Positions 11,584-25,555 of a stretch of DNA of 62,000 nucleotides are shown piece after piece. The stretch is from positions 992,001 through 1,054,000 of the forward strand of contig NW_024704742.1 in assembly GCF_018977255.1 (NCBI RefSeq). Direction: 5' to 3'. The translations under genes and the position numbers were made by a program. How positions within the stretch are numbered: the stretch's first letter is position 1; every line of letters starts with the position of its first letter. The DNA is from Callorhinchus milii. Its lineage: Eukaryota. Under the pieces are notes generated by a model that worked only from the letters and a program-made list of their open reading frames with translations, did not search any database and was not told the DNA's origin.

Positions 11584-12244
11584 ACCAAAGGGGACCCAGA
11601 TACATTGCCAAAAAAAGAGCAATTTCTCACTGGATTCCTGAGAGTATTGTAATAATTGGGGTCTAATTTGCAAGATTTGGAAAAAGGATTTATAAAGAAC
11701 ATGTCCCACAAATACCCAGATGTGACTGGCATCAACTCTCTGGATCTCTGCGAAGCTTTGGAGTGCAGTGTAAGAGCATCCCAGAGGATCTCTTTGCCCA
11801 GCAAAAGATCGTCATCTAAACAAAATACCAGAGGCCAGTCTGTGATCTCTTCAGATACGTGTAGCATTTGCTATTCTAAAGTAAGAACTAAATAGCAGAA
11901 ACAGTAGAATGTTTCTAAAGTATTGTTTTATATAAAAAAAGGAGAATAGAAAAACAAAGGGCGAAGGCAGGAAAAGATTTAGAATCGCCAATTGTTACTA
12001 TTACATTTATTTTTATTTTGCCTTATCAGTGCATTTGGGTTTCCTGTTAAATTAATCAAGCTATCTGGATTATTTAGAAGCTTTATTCCTGTAATGTTAT
12101 TAATTTTTCAGCATGACTATGCTCTTCAGTTGAAAATGTACAGACTGATCTACCCAGAGAGTGAAAGAACATTCAGAAACGTCTCGATGTGTTTCACGTA
12201 CAATCGTTGTCAAATGCAGTGACTTTTTTTTGATAAATATGACT

Positions 12245-12525
12245 AATAATAATTCATGCATTTGATGTTGGTTCTGATCATGTCGTCAAGCCGTCTCACA
12301 GTGTCTCATTGGATTTCATTGTGAAGTGTAGTGATCGTGCATTTGTAGGGCAAACGAGCTACAAATAACAGCCATGAAGTGAAAGGACAATGTATCTGGG
12401 GATTATTGGTCAGAGCAGTGGGATAAATTGCTTTTTATCAAATAGTGCGGTGGGATCTTTAATCTCCATCTGAACAGGCAGACAAATTACAGCTCATCTG
12501 AACGAAAGCACCTCTGACAATGCAC
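12245..12525 (-). mobile_element. Deu-domain SINE (family B), degraded
   Basis: AAATAGTGCGGTGGGATCTTTAATCTCCATCTGAACAGGCAGAC...CACCTCTGACAATGCA. Confidence 0.75.
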
Positions 12526-13689
12526 CCCCCCCCCCCCACCCCAAACCCGCCCAACACCGCACTGAATAAATTACTGGAGAAGTTGAAAGCTACTACACAT
12601 TTCAAAGGGTAACACGGGAGAAAAATCCAATATCAGGACAAAAAATTGTTGAACCAATACAAACTTGGCTCAGAAAGCCTGAACCCAGGCAGTAGGGGAG
12701 GGGGTGGCCGGAGGAAATGGGGGTGGGGGAATAGGAGATAGGATAAGAAAAGGATAGACAATGACATTTGAAGCAGGCCATGAAATAATACGCGGGGAGC
12801 CAAAGGGAAATGTTCACTTCCACTATTGATTTTGACACAGTAAGTGGCTCTGATCTGCCTAGGAGTTCAATGGGGTCGATTTTGGGGATGACCTGAACCA
12901 GAACGAGTTCACTCTTCCCCCGCTTGAAGCCTTTAATATGATGCAGTGGTGTGAGAGTGTGGCGGGAGAGGTCATGAGGGGTCATGTTACAGGCCTGCAT
13001 GACACTCCAAATCTGGAAGTCTCGGTTGTAATGATTTTCCACAGCACTTGGGGGTGGGTCGCGCACGTCACGGACTCTGGAAGAAGTTTTGTATCAATGG
13101 GAGATTTTCTGCTCGTCCGCAACTCGTGTCCAAGCACTGCCGTTTGTGAAAAAAAATGTTTTGAAACGAAGCCCTTCAAAAGTGATTAGTTTTCTATTCA
13201 TCTGTCTTTAAGGGAGATTAAAAAATATCCTTTGTTAATCGAAGGAAGTAAAATGGCAATGCCTACAGTTTTCTGCTGCCAAAGATGGAAATAAACAATT
13301 TACATCGATGGACAATACCATTCCCGTTAGCAGGCCATCTCAAAGGTCAGACAGTCGAATGGGAAACCCAAGTCGGGGAGAAGATAGGCGAAGCCGAGGG
13401 GCTGGGGTAATGTGCCTGATGCTCAGTCAGAAAAGGCATCGGAGAAACGTTTGCAATATTTCATAAGCATGCTGCTTCCTCCTGCTTGTTCAGCGAGGAC
13501 CACCCCGCCCGTCAGGACATTGAGTTTCAAGGTTAGCAGGAGTGGAGTGAGAAAAATCCCTGCTGCCAGTAACCTCTCACCTCTCCATCTCCAAGTCCTG
13601 CTGATGAGCCAAGGCAGACCCATCTGACAAAACACAGAGGATTGACTTGATTCTGAGGCAGTACATCACCATGTCCTTGTCCATATCCG

Positions 13690-13938
13690 CCCTACCATCG
13701 GCGGGTGGGCTTTCAGCCATTCTGGCCCCACTCTCTATCACTCCATCCTGCAGTCCCTTATTGACTCCCTCCCCTCGTTCAAGGACATTCCTTTTTAATC
13801 CCACTTTTTGGTTATCTTTCCCCTCGCTATCCCCGTTGGGCTTCCACCTGCACCTCAGGATCCCAGCCAGTGGTGTTGAGCGCTTTGAGAGTCTCCTGAC
13901 TTGAAAGGCGCTTTATAAATGCAGGCTGTGTTGTGTTA
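13690..13938 (+). mobile_element. L2 LINE 3' end
   Basis: TIGGWAFSHSGP-like remnant and the tail GAGCGCTTTGAGAGTCTC...GAAAGGCGCTTTATAAATGCA. Confidence 0.75.
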
Positions 13939-14804
13939 TTAACCCACTACCTTGCCCTCTTAAACCGCTGCTGGTTAGATTGGTAGCACCTCCAAACACT
14001 TCTCCAAAGGGTTTTCCAAACAAACAGAGCAAACGCAGTTGTCCTTTCACAAACTGCAGTGAAGGTGATCGGCCTCCTCAGCTCCAGCACATCGGGGCCC
14101 GTGGCTGCATTCAGCCCTGGTGGGCGAGACCTTTAACCTTCGGGAGGCTTTCCCAGTGGCGACTCTTTGATTGTTGAAGGTGAAATGTTATCACAATACA
14201 AACCAGCACTTCAGAGCCAGTATTAGATGAACACTGGAAAGTCGAGATGCTCCAGATAGCCTGTTTAACACCAGGGCAAGTGAAGCTCTGGTTGAATGGA
14301 CTCAGTGTTACATACACATTACTCGTGTTAATTATAGGCTGCATGACGCCTGCTCCCCTTTACATCACAGGTCACCAATCTCTCACTGACAGCAACCTTT
14401 AAAATCCTTCTTATTGACACAATGCATGGTAATGCTACTTGCCTGGTGTTCCTCACACAATTGGACAGTTTAAAAGGGCCGTGATGTTTACCCTTAAGAC
14501 CTGCTGTCTGACCTGAATTCGTTATCCTTTCCTTTCAGCATCAAGCAGACTCGTAATTCTACTTCTCGTTCATATGTCTCCTTTTTGTGTTTGGAGATGT
14601 ATAACATAAGCAGGCTGGGGGTGATCAGAATAACACCAGTATTGACGGCAAGTGCATTTCTGCATTCCTAAAACCGGAGGGAAAAAAAAGTGGTGCTGAG
14701 TGAGAGGTTTTGAGGAGGAGGAAAGCTCTAAAGAAGAAATACCAACCTGGGTTTAGCTTTACTCTCGTTTTCATAACATTTCAGAATTTGGCAAATTCTT
14801 AAAG

Positions 14805-15205
14805 AATAATAATAATCATATTATAATTATCCTCGCATTTGACGTCTCAAAGAGCTTCACAGAATAGACTGTAAAGTGAATTGACTGTATATTTTGTGGG
14901 CGAAATGCGGCAGCCAATTGCGCACAGCAGCGTCCCACAAACAGTCGTGGATTGAAGTGACCAATTTTATTATTTTTTTTCCCCCTGAGGGATTATTATC
15001 AGGCGTGTGGAGTAAGGAAACTTGCTCAAGGTTTCGCCCTGTCGGGAATCGATCCGAGCATCAGTGTCACCAATTTAAAATTTTCTTTTGGAGGAATTAT
15101 TATCCCCGGAAAAACGATCCACCAATCATCGTCGTTGAGACGTCTCAAAGCGCTTCGCAGAATATATTGTAAAGCGGAGTGACTGTGTATTTTGCGGGGC
15201 GAAAG
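14805..15205 (-). mobile_element. Cluster of rearranged SINE family A fragments
   Basis: An internally deleted copy (14805-15057), a middle fragment (15065-15127) and a tail fragment (15128-15205), all in the same orientation. Confidence 0.85.
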
Positions 15206-16466
15206 GCCTATTTTTGAAAAAATATTTTAAAAACAGGGAAGAAATAATCTTAATTTTAAAAGCAACTTCAAAGACAAGACTGAATGAATGCAACAATTTG
15301 GCCAATTCTGCGTGTTCTGAGGAAATAGAGTAAAACTAGACAGGTCAAATCCTCCTCCACCGCCCCTCCCCTCATTGTCATATCCATAAGAAGTATGGAG
15401 ATTGTGTGGAATGGCATTGCGGCATAATGGGTTCTATCCCGCGATGAATTCCAGTAGATTCTTTACTAGGAAAACAGGAAGGATGTCATGCTGACTCACT
15501 GGAACTCTGGTCCGACACAATCCACGTTCAAGGCGCTAAGGACACTTTGTGACCTTGGTTCTCACATCAGTGGGGGGACAATTTGTGCACCGTAACAGAT
15601 TTGACCTGATAAAACCTGTTACGAAACTTCTACATTTTCATCCCCAAAGAGCAGTGATACCACAGGGGGTCTCATTCTGGCAAACTTTTTCATCTCTAAT
15701 GGGAAATCCGACTGGAAGCACGGAATTAAAATCACGCTAGGGTAGGTTAACAACACGTTAGATCTTCTTCCCACCCATAATGAAGGCACGGTAAAAGAGA
15801 TCAGTCATGCAGTCATGGTATTATTGTCGGGGACGTTTATGCCTTGCTCACACAAAGAGCCCAGTCTGACTCTACGAAGTCCCTGCTGAGATCAAATGAT
15901 AATGAGAAGTGTTTATGCTAATTACAGGTACTGGACCTTGGAATCCAGTCACGCACAGGGCCAGTAAAGGCAGCATGGCATCACACCATTGCTACGGCAA
16001 CTTCTTGTTAGAGTGACCGATTGGGATGTTTGGTAGTGGACAGTACATGGTTTGCACCCCGACCCTCAAGCTGTGAAATGTTAAACTGGTACCACAGAGA
16101 AGAAAAAGTCAGAGGTTTACACAAGACTAGAAAAGTTAGGGATTTCCTTTGACAAGTATCAGAAGGCCAGCTGGTAACATTTTCTGGAGCATTTTATGTG
16201 AGATTGAAATATGAGGTGAATGGGTGGAGAGGTATGCAGAGGAGGAGAAGCTGACTCAACATTTGGCTTCCAGTAGAAAGGAGGCAGAGACCGGCCGAGG
16301 TAAATTAGGACTAAATCTGTGCTGTTACATTGTGCGAGTGTTGAGATAGTCAGCAGGATTTTAAAGGCATTATAGTACTGCAGTAGTAATCTGACGGTAA
16401 CAGCAAAAAAAAGTCTTTTGAAATGATTATGATATTGATGAACATTTTCATGCCTCTGGTCTTTAC

Positions 16467-16543
16467 CTCTAGCAAACATCATCATCGAACCTTATCAACG
16501 GCATTGGTCCTTGCTGCTGACACGTGGGGGAAAAGCTCCCAAA
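16467..16543 (-). other. Candidate 77-bp non-coding exon
   Basis: Minus strand TTTTTCTTCTCTGCGTGTTTCTTTTCAG| ... GAG|GTAAAG, with stops in all three frames. Supported by splice motifs only. Confidence 0.2.
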
Positions 16544-17479
16544 CTGAAAAGAAACACGCAGAGAAGAAAAACAACGCAACGCAGCTTGCTGGTGGTTGCT
16601 TGTCGTTGCGAGCTGAGAGTGGTCCGAGTGGGTTAGCTCGGGCGAAAGTCAGAAAAATGAAATTGAATTTGATAGAAATAAAGTTGTAGGGCGGTCCGTA
16701 GCCCGGTTGCCAGGAATTCACATCAGTTCCGAGCAAACAGCTACACCATGTTAAAATAGTCAACCAGCCAAAGGCCCACTGGGAAAACAGCAGGCCCAAG
16801 CAGACAAGCTAGTCACTTACACCAACCATTATAACTAGTCAACAGAGTCATTGACTTAATGAAAGCTGGAAAAAAACAGAAAGCTCTGAAATCAGTGAGA
16901 TCAACTGAGATTCATACTCACTTTTACCTAATGAAAGTAGACAGGCTTTACATCTTGCATCCGTGGAGCATTTCCAGATAGCTTGACATTGGGACCTACA
17001 CATTGTTTAGTGAAGTCGGCTTACTTTTCATTCTGCGCTTCTAATGGGATGGAAAGATTCGCTGGCGCTAGAAAACAGATTTTGGTATCTGCATAAATCA
17101 AAACAACTACAGTACTTGTGTTTGATTTAGTGCCTCAAGTTGTAACATTTGAAAGTGCTTCGCACAATTGAAACAGATGTTATGAAGGGAAACACAGTGA
17201 GCCTTCCTGCCACCAATATCCTACAACCAGCAGCGAGATGAATGACCATTCCTGGTGAATTTGGATATGGAAGGAATATTGGCCGGGACAAGAGAAGACT
17301 TCCTTGTTTTTCTTGGAAATAGTGTTGCAGGAATCTACGGTTCACCTGAATCACTGGAACAAGAGTTTGGTTTGATATCTCAAGGGAAGGGCAGCTTCCA
17401 CAGGTCGAGACTCCTTAAGGACTGCACTGGAGGGTCAATATAGATTATGTGTTCAAGTCCTTGAAAGAATGCACTTTAT

Positions 17480-17870
17480 AATAGAGCCATAGAAATTTAC
17501 AGCACAGCACAGAAGGCCATTTGGCCCCACGTGTCTGTGTTGGTTCCTTTAAGAGCAATTCTTTCAGTCCCATTTATCTGCCCTTTCCCCAAATCCCTGT
17601 AGTTTATTCTTTTCACATGTTTATCTAGTTTCCTTTTGAAAGCTAATATGGATTATGTCTCAACCATCACACCTGGCAGGGCATTCCATATCCTAACCAC
17701 TCTGTGCATGAAAACATTTCCCCGAACCTCCTCATTTGCTTGTCGACTCACTCTCTTAAATTGATGCCCTCTAGTTACTGACTCACTGACCAGTGGAAAT
17801 AATTTTCTCCATTGACTCAACCAAAACCCCTCATGATTTTAAAGACCTCTGTCAGGTCACCCTTCAACCT
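17480..17870 (-). mobile_element. CR1 3' fragment
   Basis: CATAGAAATTTACAGCACAG...GGCCATT terminus. The reverse strand encodes RLKGDLTEVFKIMRGF and RVVRIWNALP-like motifs. Confidence 0.88.
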
Positions 17871-18697
17871 AATGGTTGGTGCTGTATTAAAACATAGATA
17901 GAAAGAGGCAAGACAGCACATGTGGTATTCGGGGATTTACTTGCCAACACCTGAAAACAGGTTTTAGTCCAGGAATGTGCACTTTGAGTATGTCCATGCC
18001 CTATAAATTCACAAAAGGCAATAACATTTTCACGACATGGAATCCTCCTACACAGTGGAGCAGGGAGGTGAATAGATTAAAAACGTGTTCTTCTACCCTT
18101 CCGTCCGATAGAGGATTTATTTTCCATCACTTGAGACCAAATTTCAGTCTGGGAATGTGCATTTGTCGTATGTTCAATCCCATTCTCATTCAACTGACCT
18201 TCACTGGCCCATGAATAAATAAACAGAAATCATAACCAGCCATCAAGATTCACATAATGATTCACTGCAAAAGACAATGAAAGCATTTGCAGATTTAATA
18301 AATGACCTGAGTCACAAAGTGTGTGTGCTGCAAAAAGACCATTTTAGAAACAAAAACATATGCACCTGGTGATTTTTCACTCTCTTTAGGTCAAGTTGCA
18401 GATATAAATTGCTTGAAAACCATTTATTCTTGCTTTACATACGCAACTTTCCTTTACTTCATGCTGACCGTTTCAGAGAAGTTCAAATTTAACTGTTTAT
18501 AAACAAAAGTAACTTATGCTTAGCTTCATCAAGATAAGACACATCAGCACATGAACATTTATTTGCATCAATAAAATATGTGCATCAAGCATTCTTAGGT
18601 CAGTTACAGAATGATTAGATGTACAGTGAAGTCTTAATTTCTCCAGCATTGGGGTACAAATTCCATTCAGTGTTATGTGCATGGCCTTTTCCAATGT

Positions 18698-18895
18698 CGG
18701 GAGACACCAGGAAGTATTTTTCCATTCAAAGGGTAATTAACAACAGGAGTGAGTTATCAGGAAGGGTGGTTGAGGGCAGGTGCGATTTAAAAGTAAACAG
18801 CTTGTAGATGTGATAAGAAATGGTCAGGTTGGGTGGTCTGGAAGGAGAGATCAAACGGGCCAATGGTCTTCTTTATCCAAACTGATTTTGTGATT
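18698..18895 (+). mobile_element. CR1 3' fragment (second CR1 lineage)
   Basis: GDTRKYFSIQRVINNRSELSGRVVE remnant. The 3' UTR resembles 4440-4515 and 59360-59470. Confidence 0.7.
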
Positions 18896-18994
18896 TTTTA
18901 TAACAGTTGTACTTGGCGACAGGTGCTGCACTAACGCTGATTGGAGTCTTCACCCAACATGTCTTAATCCAATGGTGACCACAGGGCCATCAAG

Positions 18995-19131
18995 AGGTGA
19001 CGCCCTGAACATTCGCACTAGTCTAGGTAAGTGCGTGTTTTTCCTTGATTGAATATTTCTTGATATACGGCACATTCAATCAAGAACATGTATTTTGTTG
19101 GCTGACCCAAAAGGTTGGCCGCCCATCACTG
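18995..19131 (-). mobile_element. hAT-like MITE fragment (family H)
   Basis: The reverse complement GGCCAACCTTTTGGGTCAGCCAACAAAATACAT...CTTACCTAGACT...AATGTTCAGGG is colinear with 4191-4345. Confidence 0.6.
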
Positions 19132-19874
19132 CCTTACTCCAACTCCAACAGAACAACTGTACTTCACCAGTGTCCCTTTTCCATTTCCCACATCAACTAT
19201 CCTGTGACCCCACCTTGTATGAATGAGATTTATTGCCAGATTACGCACAGGCTGAGCCGTGAATCTGAGCCCAACTCCACTCACAAGTCAGTTGAGAATG
19301 TCCAAATTCAATTCACGTAATAATCAGCAGTCATCCTACTTGTATGGGGTAGGGGAGTCTTTACTGTTATCCCAATCGAGTCGGGATTGATTTTCGTTCC
19401 ACTCTTTCTTTGCGTTCTGTACTGGAGTTAATTTTACAAATGGAACATTCATTCAATTCAAACACAGCATTTCATTGTAGACAAAGAACACCAGTTTATT
19501 TTTGTGGGAAAATTATGATTAAAATTATTATTAATGATTCATTATTTTTGAAATAGTTTTAGACAATATATGTTTGGTACCTTTAACAAAATATCCCCTT
19601 TTCTTTAGAATTAAATTCTTTATCCTAATGATGAAAGAAGCACAGCAGTTTTATAATGTTTGATTGCGTTAACCCTCACCAAACAAGGTGAGGGTTAGAG
19701 CAAAGTGTATGCTGCCAAGTGCTTTGGGATATCCTTTTGACTTTACCAAATGTAAGGATTATTATTATTTACTTGCCAGCAATCTAAATTTCAATGAAAT
19801 TTATATGTATATAATTTTTTAGTGGTGCCTTTGTGAAAGGGTTTCAATGAGAGTGCTGCAGAGAAGCTTTAACA

Positions 19875-20580
19875 TTTTGCAGGTTTGATAGGGGTTTGAT
19901 AAACAGGAGAAATTATTTCCACTTGTTGGTGAGTCAGTAACTGTGGGCATTGATTTGAAGTACTGTAATTACCAAAAGCATCACCATACCCAATGCAATG
20001 CATTTTTAAATCCCCAATGAGAATATAGTTGATTTAGATAAATATTGAATTTACAAAATGAGTTTCCAAAAGAGCAAAGGGAGAGACTGGGAGGATTTTT
20101 TTTACACAGAGAGTAGTTACAATATGGAATAATATACTTAGGACAATGGTTGAGGCAAAGGAATTAAATCAATATCAGAAATGGAGAAATATAAAAGGAT
20201 CTAGGGGAACAACAAAATAGTTGGCTGAGCAGATTTCTTTCAGACAGCCAGTACACTTCACAGGCCTGCTTCATGTCCCCTGCCTTACCTACCTTGCCTA
20301 TCTGCTCCCATTCTCTGGAATGCCACCCAGACTCCCCACTGAGGAAAATCTGCCCTCACCTTTTCCAAGGTCTATTTCAAGACCTTCCTCTTTGACCACA
20401 CCTTCAGTCATCATTCCCCTCCCCACCCACCAGGACTCCAAGCCCGACTCAGTTCCCAAAACCAGGATTGTCAAGCACATTGGGATATCCTCCCAATATG
20501 AAAGGCATTGCATAAATCTAAGCTTGCATTGTACTGTACAGGGCTGATGGCCTGAACAGCCACCTTCTGTGCTATAACAG
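19875..20580 (+). mobile_element. Degraded CR1 3' fragment with an L2 3' end at ~20270-20540
   Basis: GFDKQEKLFPLVGESVT and FFTQRVVTIWN remnants. The L2 motif CAAGACCTTCCTCTTTGACCAC and its tail follow. The CR1 terminus resumes at ~20545 (GGCCTGAACAGCCACCTTCTGTGCTATA). Confidence 0.65.
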
Positions 20581-21704
20581 AGAAATAAAAGTAATCCTTT
20601 GAATTTAGGCTGGATTCAAATCTTGTTCACATATTGGAAAGAGCAGTATATCAATTAGTCTGGCATTTTACTCCATTCTAATATTTATAATCATTATTGA
20701 AGGTTGTTAACTCCTGGGCCCAGTGATGATACATCCACGTGGTTGATGGGTCACTGTACATTTATTATCACCCCTACAAACAGTGAGGTGGTCATAAGTT
20801 GTCTTTGCTCTCATAAATAGTAAGCTCCTGTAAAGTGACGGAACACAAGGAGACCATGCTGAACAGTATTGATGAAAGTGGTCACGTAATTATATTACCA
20901 TGATTACTGTTAGTTCCCTAATTATTTTTTTGCACTCTGCTATTGCTTAAAGATGAGCAGATGTTTCCTCAAAACATGAGCAGAGTGTTGTTTTGAACCT
21001 GCTAGCAGTTCATCCCTTAATCATTGGATCTTATAAATACTCCCAGTATTTTGCTTGTGGTATCACTTGAATTGTCTCCACACCCATGCATCAGAGTATC
21101 AAGCCTGGTCGACTGTGACTGGAATGTCTCATTGGTGCTAAGGCCAAGTCTACTGTTTGGCTATATTAATTGCAAATGATAAATCATGAAATTGCTGTCA
21201 ACCAATTACAAAAAATGCATTCATTGGAACGGATTTGTTAAGAGCATGTGGTTAACAATCCTATGAAGAAGAATCCCCATTGGTACTTGACCCAGCTAAG
21301 AAGTGTGCATATCTCTGGTAGTTCAGCAAGCGGGAGATGGCATTTCACCCTCCAGACATTTTTCATATCTCGGTAGCTTTCAGCAGTGACAACGAATGCT
21401 TTGTACCCCTTCTATAAATCTCTCAAATCATATTTCCCTCAAGCTCCGCAGTTCACGTTGTCCAGGTCTGTAATACATGTACCATTTTGTCTTAATGTTC
21501 AGTGCAGAAATATGGTAACATTGCTAAATTTGGTTTTAATTCAAAAGTCAGTTTTTTTTCTTTTTAAGAACTGTGGAAAACTAGCCTCAAATGATTGAGA
21601 CTGAAGAGAGAGGTGGATTAATAATTGATAGGCTGCGATATCAAAGGATATAAGAAGACAACAGAGAAATGGTATTAAGTTACAGATCAGCCATAATCTA
21701 ATAA

Positions 21705-22133
21705 AATAATAAAAATAATCTTTGCATTCGATAATGCACCTTTTATGTCAGGGGATGTCTCACAGTTTATACTGTAGAATATGTCAACTGTATTTTGCAG
21801 GTGAAAAAGGCGGCCAATTTGCCTGCGGCAATGTTCTACAAACAGCAATAATATGAATAGTTATCTGGGGGATTATTAGATAGGACAATGGGAGAAACAC
21901 GCTTCTCTTTTCAAGTAGGGCCATGGGATCTTTAACGTTCTTATTGAATAGACAGAAGAGACCTCAGTTCAAGTTCAATGTCTCATCCAAAGGACAGAAC
22001 CCCCAACATTGCAGTGCATCTCCATTGGAGAGCCAGTCTAGTCTGGACTACGTGAGCTCAAAATCCTGATATGGGGCTTGAACCCATAACCTTCTGACTC
22101 AAAGGTGATAATGCTACCAACTGAGCCAGGCTG
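21705..22133 (-). mobile_element. Full-length Deu-domain SINE (family B)
   Basis: Tail, Deu core GCCATGGGATCTTTAACGTT, and head GGGGCTTGAACCCATAACCTTCTGACTC...CCAACTGAGCCAGGCTGA. Confidence 0.88.
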
Positions 22134-24819
22134 AGGTAATGTGGTAATAAACACTGGTTAGCATTTTATAGCTTACATTGAAAGAGTTTGGCATGGACAC
22201 ATTAACCATAGTAACTAAACTAGCTGCGGGGAGTGAATCATGTTAGGTTTAACCGGATTGAAATTCTGAATGTGGCTGCCTCACCTGAGACTGGAAATTC
22301 CACCTGGTTTTAGCCCGTCTGTTTATTGGGATTGAATTTCTATTATACACAAAGAGCTGCCATTATGGAGCCTGGAAAGTGGCGGTGTAACTTTTTAATG
22401 CCATAAACTCTGAGCCAGAGAAATTGTGGGCTACGAGTGTCGATCTTGGGAAGGCTTCAAAACTAATGGCAGCACTGTGTAGCCGATCAGAAACCATTTC
22501 CAGATCAAGGCTGTGTGGATGATAGGCCGGTGGGTAGAAAACTAGAAAATAATTGGACATATTCATTATTTTTTAAGAAAATCTCAAGTTAGACTTCAAC
22601 GGATTAATTTGGTTTGAAAGATTGATATTAAATAGGATATGGTAGAAATCCATTTGTGGATTTGTGAAACAATTACTCATATAGCCCTTTATCAGAACTG
22701 ACGCAGAGGCCTGAGGGGGAGCCTGCTTATAAGTCACAGTTGCTACACTTAACAGCAAGAGGAATTTCTTGCCCCAAGTTGCTGTCTTGTCTGTTCAATG
22801 GCTCCACAAACTAAGAACATAATTGACGCTACTTTGCACCTTAACCTCTTTGTGCTTGAAAGATATTTTAACCAATTTGGCTGGTATTAAATCAGCGATT
22901 TCTCAGGTTTCCACTTAGTCCATTTTTTGAAAGGAAAAAAAAAGATAACCTTTTGATGAACCCAAGCAGATACCGGGTCGAATTTCCGTGCAGTACATTA
23001 GTAATGTTCAATAAGATGGGTGGTGTAATTTGGGGAATAAAAGGAATAAAGCGGTGTTAATGCACGTGTAAAATTCCAAAGCCTTTTCTTGAGAAATAAA
23101 TGTAACTTCGAAAAATCAATAATAAGACAATAGTAACTGCTTAGTAACAGCTGACCGGGAAGTTATTTAATGATTTCCGGACCACTGAGCAACTTCAACA
23201 CTAGCATTTATTTACAGCTTTTAGATTTGTCGTAAGCATGGATACAAGCTGATGTACAAGGGGCCGGATGTGTTGCCTTAGACATTGGTTACAAATGTGA
23301 ATATCTTCTTTCAACTTAAATGTTCGGTTGTGCGTCAAACCCATAAATTTATGTCTGCATCTATGCAAAGATTGCAGATGCAAACCCAATTCTAATTTCC
23401 TAGGGACTTGAGCAAGATACTTCCATCCCACTTGAACCCTGAACGCTGTGATATATTGCAGAAGTTCTCCAACAAACCAGATACTGTTAATAGCAAAGCA
23501 ATAAACACGTGGTGTTCATTCAGCAGTTTAGCTGTGTGATGCCTGAGATAGTGGCTGGGGGTAAATGTTAAAAGTGCCACCTTTCAGAGCGTTCTGAACA
23601 TTTCTCCCACCCAGAAAAAACCTTGTCCAAACCAGCCCTGAACAAAGCCGACCTCATCTCATCAACTTAGATATCTTTGCTGTCCTGCTGATGTGCCAGG
23701 AATAGTGCTAGGATCTATAAAGAGACTGAAGGCCTTTCTTTGACAAGTGTACCACTGACGAGTGACCATTATACTATAATTCCACTTTTCTGCGAATCTG
23801 CAACTTGTCACTTTTCCCCAGAACTCATTTTATTACTGCCGAGCCCGCAAGCCGCAAAACCTTTGAGAAGCAGACGGTCATTAAAACATCTTCCTTCCCT
23901 TTTAATACCCCAATGTGATCTTGTGCTGGAGCCAACACCTAGTTTATGATGAACAGCACAAGCACATGTCCTCTACGCAGAGTAGCATCTCAGCTTACGT
24001 CCTCTGCGCAGGGAAGCAAGGCTAATATCAACTTAGTTGTAAGTTGTGTTGCACTGAGGGCCCTATAATATATATTTTTTTCAATAACTGGACTTTAAAA
24101 CCTCTTATGTTTGTAAATTCTTTGAGTGTACTCATAAATGTAGTTCCTATAAATAGATATCCTTCAGTCTGTTCCCTTTGTTACATGTTGCTCAGTTTGG
24201 GCATGTGCCAATTTTTGTAAAATCCTACTTCGGTACTAATTCCCTCACAATAATATGTGAGTTCACGTGCNTTTTTTGGAGAATTGCACCAATGTCCCTT
24301 TGTCAATAAATTATTTTCTTGAATCACCTTCCTCGCCAGCTACTGCTGCCATCCATCTGGAGTGTCTTGCTTTCCGAGGACAGACCTAACCAATGTTCTT
24401 CAGCTGCAAGAGGAGATTTTAAATAAGTCATGAACTGCACCCTCGAGCACAATAACAAATGAAGGCAGAAGCAAAACATTTCTTTAACCGCTGCAAGTTG
24501 GACTTGTACCTTCAAATTTTCTAATTGATATATTTTTTAATTGACGTTGAGAGATGCCCGTGAATTATTATCCAACTGGACACAAGAAGAAGCATTGATG
24601 TAGATTGACTGTTACGCTTTGTGTGTTGAAATTTTGCAGCACTTCTGCTTGTTTGAGATCTTTATTTAGAACTTCTCTTACTTGCAACAATAATAGATTG
24701 TCAACTTTCAAAGTAACAGTCTGTGTTTGTCGTATCGAAAATAATGAGATACGTAACCTCCCGATAACTCAAACCTGGGTTAAATTGTCCCATTTCTGTT
24801 CTAAAATTGCCACTTACAA

Positions 24820-25170
24820 CTCTAAACCTATGTCATGGTACATTCTAAAGTATTGATCTGGGTTGACTTTTTCAATCCCAATTAAAATTGCGTTCGCCTC
24901 TATGACGTCCCCTCTGAGCTGTCTTCTCTCAAGACCGAATAGCCCCAGCTTGTCTAATCATTGCTTTAGCTCATTCCTCTGCCGTTATTCTCCTCTGCAT
25001 CGCCTCTAACGACTGGGTCACCCTTACATCGTGGTGACCAGAACTGTATGCAATATTGAAGGCGCAATCTCACCAGAGCACCGTACAGCCTGAATACCAC
25101 AACTGGGGATTTTAAACTCAATTGATTTAGCAGTATAGCCCAGCATCCTGTTTGCCTTGTTTATTGATGT
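24820..25170 (-). mobile_element. CR1 ORF2 fragment
   Basis: The reverse strand reads INKANRMLGYTAKSIEFK...ALVRLRLQYCIQFWSP...LGLFGLERRQLRGDVIE. Confidence 0.85.
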
Positions 25171-25555
25171 GGTATTATTATGTAGTGCACAGCGTACATG
25201 CTCAGTATCACTATTGTCTGTGTGTTTGATCAGTGTGATCTCTTTAGAAATTGATCATTGCTTATGATTTTTTCCCCCCAGGCTCTGTCTGTGGTGCAGC
25301 AGAATTCATCTGGTGGAACCTAACTTTGAACAACACCGATGGTTAAGTGATGGATGCCGGTCCTCTTTCCAGGCACCTTCCATAGCAGAAGAGAAGCTCG
25401 ATCCATCCAGGTCCAAACCTCTCCAACCATTAGATATACTGTGGAGGGTATTTAGTTAGAAGAATGCACTGTTCACTGCACCTATAATGCAGGTTTAAAA
25501 ATTTGTGAGGGGCAAAGTTAGATGTGAATCTCATTGTTCATGTGTGTATTTTTTG

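Noticed and set aside
12602..13189. Overlapping ORFs of 154, 83 and 65 aa
   Set aside because: No recognisable protein. The region may hold very old LINE debris but I could not assign it.
23965..24020. Two ~20-bp direct repeats GTCCTCT.CGCAG.G.AGCA
   Set aside because: Two units only, which is a simple local slippage duplication.
25282..25447. Plus-strand acceptor followed by an open frame (LCLWCSRIHLVEPNFEQHRW...)
   Set aside because: The donor is weak, the peptide is unrecognised and there are no partner exons.
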